A DNA stretch of 64,000 nt from NCBI GenBank assembly GCA_021613535.1, contig CP075492.1, positions 16,926,001 to 16,990,000 on the forward strand. Direction: 5' to 3'. The position numbers were made by a program, and so were the translations under genes. The notes beneath the pieces were generated by a model. The model was given only the letters and a program-made list of their open reading frames with translations. It searched no databases and was not told where the DNA came from. Positions 11,578 through 24,845 of this stretch are shown here, in pieces. The stretch is from Adineta vaga. Taxonomy: Eukaryota > Animalia > Rotifera. Numbering within the stretch: the stretch's first letter is position 1; each line of letters begins with the position of its first letter.

Positions 11578-12381
11578 TAAAATTTATTTCAAAATTTTCA
11601 GTTTCTTAGATTTGTTCGCGTATTGGTGTGCCACAAGAATGACATCCTGGACATCTTCTTCCCGTAATTTTTATAAAATTACTGGAGAAAATAAAATTCT
11701 TTAGAAAGAAATAATTTATTTTATACAGTAACTTTAATTAAATGATTTTCTAAAAAAAAACTTTCAATAATAATTTTGATCAAGATAAATAACTTTCCAT
11801 TAATCATTTCACCAATATTTTTCTGTTTCTTCATTATCTCACTTTGCAATGGTTCTTGCTTTATTGAAATGACTGTTCCAATCGTTCAATCATTTTTCTA
11901 CCAGATTAAAAAAAATAGTTTTTAGAAATTGAAAAATCATCATAAACCGATGGTTAAAAGACTTTGGATTTTTCAACAATATGAATATGCATTGCTGGAA
12001 ACACTGAAACTCTTGTTTTAGTTTTTCTGCGTTTGAACAAATAGTGTCTGACGTCACTGGTATCTGTCAACTTAAAAATATACTTCGATAGATAAAAACA
12101 TGCACTTTTAACTTTTTTTTATAATGATTGTTAATGACACAACGTTTGAATTTCTATAAGTCGATTTTTAAGAGTATTTTCTTATTGTTTGTCATTTACG
12201 AATATCATTAATGAGAATAATATCATTAAAAATAAAAATGAAATCTTCTGAAAAAAGCCAACAATCATCTTTAGTGAATATCATGTTTCTTTATGGAAGA
12301 ATAATTTGTGAGAATGCATTATTTGTATATAAAAATAGATATTTTAATTATCTCACTCTTATATATATATATATACGTATG

Positions 12382-13111
12382 TAGAGTGATGTGGGGCAAC
12401 TGCATAGGTTTTTTTGATTATTCATTTTATTCTTCCTATAACTTTTTCGTACCTGAATATTTTTTCATGAGATTTGGCAGACTAATAGAGTGGCTGTTGC
12501 TCTATCTATCCGTGAAAGAATCATCGAAATTCGTCTTCCGGGTACGTATTTTCGACCTGCTTTCCAATTGCCCCACGAGAGGTTTTCCACTTACCCCATC
12601 GGGGGCAATTGGATAAATATGCTATAGAGACAGGGAAATTGGATAATTCCATACATTTTATCACTAATAATTATAATTAACTTTTCTTATTAACTATAAG
12701 ATATTCAAGAAAAAACTTCTTACAGATCGATAGAATACATCATTATCTATAATTGGTAACAAATTTTCATTTAAAAAACATACTTTAAAAATCCTTTGTT
12801 TCGATAGAATTGAGAAAAAAATTACTAAAAACTATATCCAATTACCCCAAATGGGGTAAATGGATAACTAACGATGAGTTGCGGGGTAATTGGATAAATA
12901 CGTAAAAATCATTAGGAAACAACGAGTTTTTTTTAAACAACTTTTTTAACGATAGAAGCATCCTATTGAAAAACTTTTTTTATGGACTATCCATCAAATT
13001 TAATTCTTAACAATCGTAAACAAATATCAGATTATTCTATATTATTGTTGAAAGTTTTTCTTTGAAGAACAATACTAGCTTTTTCTTATTCACAAAATGT
13101 ATCTGTATTTT
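12382..13111 (+). repeat. left TIR (730 bp) with internal GGGG(C/T)AATTGGATA motifs
   Basis: Reverse complement of 16167-16896. The motif recurs about 7 times, in both orientations. Confidence 0.93.
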
Positions 13112-13400
13112 TTTATTTTCGTTTGGGGAATTATGTTGTTTAGTCGAAAATTGTATGACTAACACTAACACTAATTAGGACAATTTCATTTTCATTAGAA
13201 ATGTCATCTTCTAAAACAAGAAAACGTAAAAGAAGGGAATAAAATATAAAGAAAAAGAGTGCTGATAGATAATTTCCATAAATCAAAGATAAATGATTGA
13301 GTATGTACAACTATCAATCACAAGATGGATAGAGATACCAATGATTGTTGAGATATATTGCGAAGACAGGATGATAATTGAAAGAAGTTATTATAGCATA

Positions 13401-15908
13401 TCATAGTTGAGTATAACTGTAATGATTGTGTTGTTGATCACCATAATATGCTCGACAAGAATGGCAAAGTTGATAATTGTAATCCATTTTGTTACTACAA
13501 TTCCAACAAAGAACTTTGTAACATTGATTACAATTACTAGTAATTTCTATTGATTGAATAAGATTGAAACATAATTGACATTGAACCGCGGACATTTGTG
13601 TCAAGTTCTGTAAATTACTATAAGTTCCATCATGTGATTGAAATGATGATATCGTTGAGAAAGTATTCGATGGTAACATATAAGAAATAGATGGTAATGC
13701 ATTGTTTTGAAGTGCTATTGGTGTTGCGCTAGTCGCTGTTGTAGATAACGCCTGTGTATCAATTGTTTTTCTCGAATTACGTGTTTTAGTAACTTTGTTT
13801 TCGGTTGTTTTCCTTTTTTTGATTGCTGTCAAAGCTAACTCATCGATATCAGTAACACTTCTACCATTAGCATTTGAAACCATACGTTTTTTGCCTCGTG
13901 TATTGGCGGAAGAACGTTTAGAAAAGTGTTTCTCCACAATCTTTTCAATCGCATTCAAAGAAGGATCCTTCTCTAAATATACATAAATACTCTTTACTGT
14001 TGTAATATCTCTTTCACAAACATATGGAGCTACCTGAAGATGTGGAGAAAATTGACGAATTAGTATTTAGATTTGATGACGATGGAACTAGTGAATTATT
14101 TGATGTTGATGCAAGTACAGCTAGTGGATCATTTGCTGTTTGTGCAGGTACTGCTGGTGGATCATTTAATGTTGGTGTAGATGTAATCAATCGTGTATTG
14201 TTCGTATTTGATATTGAAGGAAATGAAGGAATATCAGACACGGCAGACATAGATGAAATTGATAAATCGGAAGCGATCGGAAGAAGTTGATTACTATTCG
14301 ATTGAATAGAGGTATTTGGTGTTGATAAAATAATGGAATCAAGAGTTGTAATAGCATTGTTGAGGGAACTCATCACTTCTTGAAAATCATCGGATGATGT
14401 TCCTTGTTTTTTTGATTTACCAACATCACTACAACCTACAATACAGTAATAAAGAAAATTTTTCATTGTTTTTTGACTTACCAGAAAAGAGAGATGGGTC
14501 TGATGGATATTTTACTAATTCTCGTCTTTTATTTGAATTATATCTTTGTTCAAGTGCCATGTTAATTGTTACTGGTTGAGTATCATTATAATCAAATTCT
14601 ACTGATTTAGAACGAGATGAAGTATTCATTGTTAATGATGGTGATGTTGAATTTTTAACCAACTTGTCACGTTTCACTGCACGAGGATCGTATGGAAAGA
14701 TACCAGCTTTTCCAAAAGCAGAAGAACAGTGCGTCGGCAATAAAGCATAATCATACAAATGACGATATAAACGAATGAAATCTGGTTTGTCCAACTTTTT
14801 CGATGAATTTGTTCTGTTATGATCCCACAATAGATTTCTCCATTGAGCTTTGACATATTTTAATGTATATACATCCAACGGTTGCAGCAAGTGCGTTGCG
14901 TGTGCTGGAAGACATAAGAGATGAATTTGATGATCCATTGCTAATCATGCAGTTTTTAATGATAAGTGTGAAGTGTGGCCATCGAAAATAAGCAAAAGTG
15001 GCCTCGGAATATTCTTTGTTAAAGGAATGAACATATTCTTCAAGTAATCAAAAAATGCCTCTTCATTAATCCATCCGCTTTCTGTACGATTGTAAACAGT
15101 TCCTCGGATCACATTTCGAGGACACCAAATATCGTACAAGCATTTTGACTTGTATATCACATATGGAGGGAAACACATACCACTGGCATTTATTGTTAAT
15201 AAGACAGTAGTACTGTCTTTACCACTACCACCATGTATTCTAAAGATGCATGAAATATCTTATTGATAAAGATAATTATTACATAAGATTATCAAGCACT
15301 TACTTATTGGCATATTTCGAATCACGACTAACAACAACTTTTTTCCTTCCCGGATCATCGCGGAAACCGCTTTCATCGCAATTGAAAATCTGTTCAGGTT
15401 TATTGAATAAGCCGTATTTATCCAAAACTGAATACAATTTTGCAAACCAACCATCGACAGTAGCCACTGTGACATCAGCTCGTACTTTCTCCAAAATAGT
15501 ACTAGTCATAATTTTTAATTTACCTTTCCATCTTCCAATAAAATTGTAATACCAATCACGTGTTGGTTGTCCATTTTTAAATCGACACTTCAAATCCATT
15601 ATTTCAACAAATTCTGTTGCATATTTTAAAACATCATCACACGTTGATAACTCACCATAACTTTGTAATGTTAAAATTAAATCAACCAAATTTTTTTCTT
15701 CACCTTTAGTCAAAGCCGTAGGACGGCCAACATGAGCAGTTGAATTACGAGATATTCGAGATGCCAATGTACCAACTGGAATGCCTGTTTCATAGGAGGC
15801 TTTTTCATATGTCCACTCTTTGGAACGTATTTTTTCGATAACTTCGATTAATTTCTCTTCCGTATAGTTCGGCTTTGGTGTTTTTCTTTTGTAATTTCTA
15901 ACCATCAT
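13401..15908 (-). pseudogene. intron-containing pogo-family transposase (HTH, DDE_1, Ser-rich linker, C-terminal Cys zinc finger) with one nonsense codon
   Basis: FNCDESGF, IFDGHTSH and LQPLDV give DD35D spacing. Introns at 15303-15240 and 14481-14436 restore the frame, and a third is likely at about 14033-13973. In-frame TGA at 14945-14947. The C-terminus has four CxxC pairs. Confidence 0.85.
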
Positions 15909-16166
15909 TCAACAAATGATCGAATTGAAGCAAATCAACACAAATCGATATTTATATATGACCGTATCGGCCGTCATTTTCTTTCATTCAAAACGTCCCT
16001 CGGTATCACTTATTTTTCATTATTTCTAAGTTCCAAACTGACTGACCAAACTTGTTCAAGAATATATCGACTGAAAAATGCCTAGATATCAAGTATTTAT
16101 CGTCCTCCAATAAGAGAAAGAGGATCATCTAGCGAAATCCCCTTCTGACAAATGTAGGGATTAAAG

Positions 16167-16896
16167 AAAATACAGACACATTTTGTGAATAAGAAAAAGC
16201 TAGTATTGTTCTTCAAAGAAAAACTTTCAACAATAATATAGAATAATCTGATATTTGTTTACGATTGTTAAGAATTAAATTTGATGGATAGTCCATAAAA
16301 AAAGTTTTTCAATAGGATGCTTCTATCGTTAAAAAAGTTGTTTAAAAAAAACTCGTTGTTTCCTAATGATTTTTACGTATTTATCCAATTACCCCGCAAC
16401 TCATCGTTAGTTATCCATTTACCCCATTTGGGGTAATTGGATATAGTTTTTAGTAATTTTTTTCTCAATTCTATCGAAACAAAGGATTTTTAAAGTATGT
16501 TTTTTAAATGAAAATTTGTTACCAATTATAGATAATGATGTATTCTATCGATCTGTAAGAAGTTTTTTCTTGAATATCTTATAGTTAATAAGAAAAGTTA
16601 ATTATAATTATTAGTGATAAAATGTATGGAATTATCCAATTTCCCTGTCTCTATAGCATATTTATCCAATTGCCCCCGATGGGGTAAGTGGAAAACCTCT
16701 CGTGGGGCAATTGGAAAGCAGGTCGAAAATACGTACCCGGAAGACGAATTTCGATGATTCTTTCACGGATAGATAGAGCAACAGCCACTCTATTAGTCTG
16801 CCAAATCTCATGAAAAAATATTCAGGTACGAAAAAGTTATAGGAAGAATAAAATGAATAATCAAAAAAACCTATGCAGTTGCCCCACATCACTCTA
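16167..16896 (-). repeat. right TIR (730 bp)
   Basis: Reverse complement of 12382-13111. Confidence 0.93.
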
Positions 16897-16979
16897 TATG
16901 TTTGAATAGATAGCAGATATTCTCACTTTTCTACAAAACATATCAATGACGGACAATAATGGAATATCACGAATTCCGG

Positions 16980-17594
16980 ATATTAAATTCTCGATTACAG
17001 TTATCTTACTGAGTATATCTATTTCATTGTAATTCTTTTTAAATCATGTGAAGATTATTGGGATTATAATTATGTAAGTTTTCTATCATTTTTTTCTAAA
17101 TAACAATGATATATCGATAGATTTTATCATTTTTATAACTATCGGTACTTTGTCTTTTACCATGTTTTATATACAGTCAACCTACAATTGCATTATATGA
17201 TTTTGTTATGCATACAGCATTACCACTTAGTATAATAACTTTAGGAAATGTGACTTTAGTAGTTCGAGTCTTATGGCAAAAACGTCATCGACAAGATGAT
17301 TGGCAAAGAAAATGGAAATTAACAACACATCTTCTATTATTTGCTATATTTTTTATGATCGCATGGTACCCTTTAACGATCAATAGTATTGTTTATATGT
17401 ATACATCATCGTCAGTATCGACGAGTTTACAAGTGACTTATTTCTTTTTCCTTCCGACTTTATTAGAAATGATTCTTCCGATCATTTCATTATTTATTCT
17501 ACCGGATTTCAAAAAAATAGTTTTTAGATGTCGGAAAATCACTGTTACTCCTAACACTTTGAATCACCCTATACCGGTGGTTAAAAGCCATTAG
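16980..17594 (+). pseudogene. rhodopsin-like GPCR fragment (TM5-7 intact, front half deleted or decayed)
   Basis: ORF 17208..17594 has three hydrophobic helices. Upstream remnants read CEDYWDYNY and LCLLPCFIY. Confidence 0.55.
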
Positions 17595-17818
17595 ATTTTC
17601 AATAATACGAATACATCATCCTTTATTTTGTTCGTCGAAAACTTGTTCAATCTTACATTTATAGACATTTTTGTTGTTGTTTCACACTAAAATAAAAGAA
17701 AAATCTTACAACTAGGAGGATGTGAGTGAAGAAGATATGCTCACGAAAGATAAAATTCTAACAATGACAAGATATAAAAAGAGAATGATTAATCGATATT
17801 AATGTATATCAAGTTTGT

Positions 17819-20800
17819 TTACCAAGCCATTTTTGCCAGAAATGAATTTGGATACCGTCGAACAAGATATTTCCGTGATTCATCAAGTAGAAACAACATT
17901 GTGCCAAATCCTAATGCAGGACAAACGAACCGTACAGGTACTGGATGAGTTTTAAATACTTGATTAAGCCATGGAATGAGTGTTATAATCAAACCAACAC
18001 ATGTCGAAAAGAGAATACCAAATATAACCGTTAAATTTTTTCCTTTACCATAGAAAGGATTATGTTGAAAAAACGAAACATATCGTGTCCGTGATGAAAG
18101 TAGATTAAAAAATTGCATGATACATAGAGCAACATAATAAATGCATTGACCATTCTGTTGAATTAATGTCAATTCATCAACAGTTTTATTTGCCGGAGGA
18201 TTATTTGTATAATCTGCATATGTAAAAAAGATTTTATCCAATGAAATACCTAAAAATAAAATCATTTTTATCAACAAAACACTCTCGAAATGTCTCTCAA
18301 CAAACCTTGTGATGAATAATACCAGAAGAAGCAAAAATATGCGGAAAAACATTCAATATTCCCAACGATGAGATAAGCATGGAAAAGTAATTTCCAATCT
18401 AATAAATGAGTTTTTTGACGAATCGCCGGTGGACGAGACATAATATCTCGTTCAGCTTTTTCCGAAACCATAGCTAATGCATTGACAACGTCATTTAGCA
18501 TACAAAAGATGATAGCCAAAAATGCAGATAATGAAAGTGGAATACCCAACCAAACTGAAAAGAAAACAGGAATGACTTCCGACCAAGAACCTTAAAGAAA
18601 GAAGTTATTTAAATTCATTGATGAAGATTTTTACCTCCAGGTAATAAATAAATAGCGACTTTTTTCAGATTATCACTTAACAATCTTCCTGTTTCAATTG
18701 CTTTGATAATTGATGAAAAATTATTATCCAACAGAATCATATCTCCAGCTTCTCGAGCGACATCCGTACCCGCAGCCATTGCTACACCTAAATCTGCTTG
18801 TTTCAATGCTGGAGCATCATTTGTTCCATCACCCGTCACTGCAACAATTTCACCTCGTTTGGTCAATTCCATAACAATACGTAATTTTTGTTCCGGTGAT
18901 GTTCGTGCAAAAACAAGTTCTTGATGTGATAAAACCCAATTCCACATATAATCCTAATACATAAAACAGTTTATCAAGAATAATTCATATAGATTTAACT
19001 TACATCCATTGAATGAATATCTCCACCAGCGACAACAACTCCATAGGGAATTAATGGAAGTTTTTCCACATCTTTGACTTGATTTGGATCAGAAAAATAG
19101 AATCGAATACGTTGAAATAGACTTGTTTTTTTCTTCTTTTCTTCGGTCGTATCAACACCTTTAACTGCAATATTTGTTGTTAATTCTCCAATCGAATGAG
19201 TTTCAAGTAACGTTTTCGAATCTCTCATCATATGAGCTAAGATTTCACCTGTTTGATTATTCCGTTCGATTTTAAATGTATCAATTCCATTATCAAGACT
19301 AATTTCTTTCGATAAAATATTCACTTTTTTCGCAATTGCTGCTGCAGTTGTTGGATGATCACCGGTGACCATAGCGACGCGAATTTGAGCTCGGCGTGCT
19401 TTGAGAACCGCGTCGGGGACTTCAGGACGAGCTGGATCGAGAAGAGAAAACATGCCGATAAAACAATAATTATTTCCCGGTAAACCATTCAGATCAGGTT
19501 CATCCGATGCTGTTTGTGCTTGTTTTTTGTTTCTTTTGTATTCACTAATATTAGCATCATATTGCTCTTTGGTTATTCTTTGCTGAAGCATAGCGATGAC
19601 TCGATAACCTGATTTCCCTAATGTTTCTTGTCGTTGTTGAATGGATTGTTTGAATTCATCAGTGATGGGCAATTCATCATCATCATCATCATCTTGTTTG
19701 TATGTTGTACATCGGGGTAAAACGAAATCAGGCGCACCTTTGAGTGTGATAAGGACATCTTCATTTGAAGTTTTGATTAAATTCTGTTCGAGAAGATTTG
19801 CTGTGATCATAAATTTATTTTTAGAATTAAATGGAAGAACATTTATACGTGGATTGACTCTTCTGACTTGTTCAATGTCAACGGAACATTTATCTTGAGA
19901 TAAATGATAAAGAGCAACATCAGCTGCATCTCCTACTAATTCATTCGCTTCATCAGGTGTTTTCGAAGATGATTGAAGAACAGCGTTATTGCAAAGACAA
20001 GCACCGAGAAGTAAATCTTTCAAAGCATTTGATTTTGCATTTGAATGCAGTGATGGTCGTTTTCGATCAATAACACGTTCTCCATCTGTTGTTGTTGTTG
20101 TTGTTTCTTCATCAGTGCGATGAATTGGAACCATATATTCACCCAGTTTGCCCCAAAGAAGTGCGGTTATTGTCATTTGATTCATTGTTAATGTTCCAGT
20201 CTTATCCGTTGCAATGATCTATTTCAAATAGAATAATTGAGAAATTTTTATGAAATAATTGAATATTTACAGAAACGAAATTAAATGTTTCAACAGTTGC
20301 TAAACTTTTGACAAGTACTTTTTGTTTGTACATTCGTTTAGCAACAATGGTTAGTACAAGAGTAACAGCAGCGGGTAAACCTTCGGGAATAAAAGCAACG
20401 ACCATTCCAATTGAATTCACAATATTACCTATACGAAAATCAAATTTCGAGGGGAATTCTTCGCAGAGGAAAACTAACCATTCAGAGTGATGTATCCATT
20501 TTGTTTAACATTAAGCCAAGCGGCCCATGTAATCCAAATCAGAATAACTGAAGTAAGTGCTGCACAGACAACAAATAAAACAAAACGATTAATTTCACGA
20601 TGTAGTCCAGTTATATCCGAATCGTCTGCACCACGTGTTAATTTTCCGACTTGTCCAAGTACAGTCTCATCACCAATGTTCACAACAATCGCATTGGCAG
20701 TGCCTTGTACGATCAATGATGGATAAAAAACAAGATTTGTTGTTTCCATAAAATTCAGATTTGTACATTTAACAGTAGAATTAACAGGTTCAGATTCTCC

Positions 20801-21863
20801 AGTTAATTCCGATGTATTCACTTGTAAATCATCGCATGTAATTAATCGACAATCAGCCGGAACTTTTTGGCCCATATTGATACGAACAATATCTCCCGGC
20901 ACAAGTTCCTCGGCATTTATTTGCATTTCCATGCCATTTCGTTTAACGGTTGTTATTGTTGATTGCAGATGAGAAAAGGATGCAACGATTTTCATTGATT
21001 TCACTTCTTGATAAAAGTTAAATATTCCATTGGAGAAAATGACAAGAATAAGAACAACACCCAAACCAAGATTAGTCACATCAGGATTAGGTTCACCGAA
21101 TGGTTTCTAAAACATAATTTTCGTTTTTTTTACTTCTTTGTAAGTGAACGAAACTTACATAACTAAGAAAAGCAAAAAGTGTAGCAACCCAAAGAATACC
21201 ATTAAAACCAACAAGAATTTGTTTGAGAAACATCCATAGAAGACTTGGTTTCGGTGGTGGTGTTAATCTATTTTGTCCATATTTGATGTGATGTTGTTGA
21301 ACAATTTCATCTGATAAACCATTCTGTAAATTACTTTCAAATCGTTCTGCAAGAGTTCCAATAGGAATAAGATGTACATCTGTTTTTAATGTTGATAAAT
21401 CTTCAGTTTTGTCTTTATCGAATTCAAATATCGATCCGACATCACTTGGACGATGAGGCAATGGTTGATCTTTAACAGTTACTGATGGAACTATTTTGAT
21501 TTCTTCTACAGGGATTGTTACATGATCAGACCGTTGATTTGTAGCAACAATGGATTGAAGACGACGTGTGGTTAATTCGGATTTTCGTCGTTGTTGTTCC
21601 AGTTGAAGATTTAAATTTTGCGACATCGTTTGCCATGCTACTGAATTTTTTCTCATAATTTCATTGGGATTATCTTCTGGGGGAACAATACCGATCGAAC
21701 GACGAATTGCATTGAGACTACTCAGTCGACGTTCAGAGGGTAATTGTACTGGTATGTTCGAAGATTTCTTTTTCGGCTGACGTACATTCGATTGTTCAGG
21801 TAACAAATCCATTCGACTTGCTGTCGATGGAATCGTTTTCATTTGGAATCCAGACATTTCCAA
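17819..21863 (-). CDS. P-type IIC cation-transporting ATPase (Na/K- or H/K-ATPase alpha-like), multi-exon
   Basis: Motifs [26 protein letters not shown] (phosphorylation Asp at about 20205), KGAPD, MVTGDHP and [12 protein letters not shown], spread across short introns. Confidence 0.93.
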
Positions 21864-22542
21864 AGTTCAAGTGGTTCAATTGAAATCGTTTGTTTGATTA
21901 AAAAGTGCACAAGATAGATAAATGTAATGAAAAATGACTATCATATACACTTGTAGATATTCATATTTATATTTGAGTGTATTTTGTTCTTTGCTTTATC
22001 GTTCTGTATGAATATAAACTATCATGCGGGTAACGTTTGACTGCGCATTTGGTTGGGTGACGCCCAATAACCTTGTTTACTCTAGTATATGATATTCGAT
22101 GAAAAAGAATGACTCAATACAAAGGTTCATAACTACACCCTTTTTTAATCGATTATTTCATCGTTTTATAACAGTGTACTTGTTATTGAAAAGTACATCT
22201 TTTTCTCAATAGTAAATGATAAATAATCGGTACTTGAACAGCACAATAGTAGATTAATTAGATCATTTTATTTCTAATATGAAAACCAAGGTCGAAGAAT
22301 ACTTCAGATTTTTCTTTCTCTTTTTTCTCTTGCTAACTGTGTTAATGATTGCTCTTGAAAGCAATGGTAAATATTTTATTAGAAAAATGATCGATTATTT
22401 TAAATTTTCTATCTGTTTATGGAAGAGAAAAAGCAAAATATCGTTTTTTTATTTGCACACTGTAAGTTATGGTGTAACAAACACAATTTTTCAGCTTCAA
22501 TAGCAACAACAATAAGTTAGTTGTTGTTGTACTCGATTGAAG

Positions 22543-22591
22543 AGGGTATGGGTGTGAGTTAAGAGTATAGCCTGACCCACACCCATACCCT
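22543..22591. repeat. telomere-like palindrome family, copy
   Basis: AGGGTATGGGTGTGAGTTA pairs with TGACCCACACCCATACCCT (2 mismatches). Confidence 0.85.
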
Positions 22592-22669
22592 TTGATTATT
22601 TAACAATTAATGAAATTTATTTATCATTTTCTCAAATAAATAATTATTTCAATTCTTTTAATAAAATTT

Positions 22670-23350
22670 ATTTTAAATTTCGTGGTTCACATATATTTCA
22701 ATGTTATTGTAAATCTCATTCAATAAATGGTAGTAATTATTTATATGAAATTCATCCAACAACAGATCGTCGTTGGTATCCAGAATTCAATAAAAAAACA
22801 ATTTCCTTATTATCCAAGTAAAATCCAAGATATAATTCATCCAAATAATTATTCTCTATTACAATCATTAATATTTCATGGTAAATTTCCTCGTTTAAAA
22901 GTTTGCCATCCTGGTATATGTAAATCAATTATTATTCGATTACCAAAAAAAATACAATTAAAAAATCTTCGTCAATTAACAATACGAAAACAAAAAGGTT
23001 ATGTATTAGAAAAGATATTATTAACTTGTTCATATTTAACTTATTTAGATTTTTCATCAATAAAATATCTTCGACTTGGTCAACTTAAAAATTTTTCTTT
23101 CATAATGGACAATTTGTCATTCTTCTCTCATTTTCACCAATCTTTTTCAATTTCATTTAATTATTGTTAATCAATGTTCATTATTAAAAATATTAGTTTT
23201 ATGTATTTATATGAAAGGACACATGCATCGTTTTTCTTCTATTGGTAGTCTTAGAAAAATAACCAAAATGCATTCTCTTTTCAAATATGTCAAAGAATAT
23301 CACTTCCGTCTAACTATTTCTTCACATGGTTTCATTCCACATTCTGTTTA
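22670..23350 (+). pseudogene. decayed LRR/F-box-associated-type gene
   Basis: Frame-broken coding-like text (FPRLKVCH, LKNLRQLTI, CSYLTYLDFS, IKYLRLG). Confidence 0.35.
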
Positions 23351-24845
23351 TTAATATCAATATACTATGTTATATTCCTTTCTTGTTTGATTATAAAATA
23401 AATAATAAAGTTTTTCAATAAATTTATAAGAAAACTAGTAAATAAGTGATTATATAAATCATGGAATTTGCTATTAAAAAATACTGACTCTCTTCAGAAC
23501 CACTATATGATATAAATCATTCTTTTGAGTTTGTTGCTTTACTTGTATATTCTATTCTTCTTCTTGCTAAGAATATACACATTTGATTCTTTGGTCTTTT
23601 CTCCCATCTCATATGTACGTCCATCTAAATATGCACGTATATAGATACATAACTTTGTTTTTCTAGTTACTCTCATTCATGTGTTTATTTACTCAACAAT
23701 TGCTGGTTTTCAGATTGTTCTATAATATTTTACTCGATGATCAATACCTGGAGTGGAAGAAACGATGTTCGAAAGAATTCAAAGACAAAGTGATGAAATC
23801 AGCGAAGATAAAACAGCTTGGAGAAATTTCCACGGGGCGGGGGATTTTTTATTTTTGAAAGATTCTGCACCTCTGTTGATTTGATAAAGAAAGAAAAGAC
23901 GAAGAATTTTGTTAATTTTATTTTATTTTGTTGATGATTTGTTGAAAGTTGAAAAAGGAACAAAATTTCCTTTTGATAAAACAGGGTGTGGGTAGTGCTG
24001 AAGAATGTGGTTATGATATATGGAAATTACTTAATAGATTTTTTGAATAGTTGATTAATAAATAGAATACTCTTTCGAATTTAATTCAATTCAATCGATA
24101 TCAACTCAAGAATTGAGTTCCTTAATCGTGCGATATATGGAGACAAAGCTGTGAGAAAGCGGATGTTTATTATAGAATTTTTTTTACAACTATCTTCACT
24201 TTCGTCCTCATCCAAATCTGTATTTTCTTCTTATATATTAATGATCAAAAATAGATTAAAATTTTTATAGTTTAAAGTAAAAAATGCACTGTGGAATAAA
24301 ATTTAGAGAAAGAGAGATTCTAGATTCTTATGAATGCATTGTAGCATGTCTGTATATAAAAAAAAACATTTTCTCTGTTTTCCTGTTTAACAATCATATC
24401 TTAATGGTTAAATAGGAGAGAAAAAACTAAATTCGAAGTATAATTTTACACACACATGGACTCTCAAGGTTTGCCAAATGTTCAATAAATACGAATGAAA
24501 AGTAATAATAACAAAACCTTTTTACTACTAAAAAACTTCCCGAAGAATATTCATTTTATACAGAGAGTTAAAACTAAAAGACCTACTGCTCGAGAAATAA
24601 AGCGGAAATCTGTATGAAATGACGACGTAGTTCTTTGGTAGTGTGATGAACATCTCTTGAGATCATCTAATAGTGTAGAAGAGGAATATTCTTGATTTTC
24701 GATTATTTTATAAGTTCCATAGTTTTTCTACCTTTTCTACCTCTATAGATAAAAGGATGATATGATGCAGAGTTTCTCCCGCTTAGTTACTTAAGTTTAT
24801 TTGTGACATAAAAAATCACCCGATTAATTCATCTAGATCAATCAA

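Larger units (their letters stand above)
12382..16896 (-). mobile_element. pogo/Fot-like (DD35D) DNA transposon, 4.5 kb, with 730-bp TIRs
   Basis: Near-perfect inverted repeats at 12382-13111 and 16167-16896 flank an HTH + DDE transposase. Confidence 0.95.

Noticed and set aside
12308-12616. ORF 12308..12616 and its twin 16662..16892 with identical protein text
   Set aside because: Both lie in the two TIRs, so the identity comes from the inverted repeat rather than from a gene.
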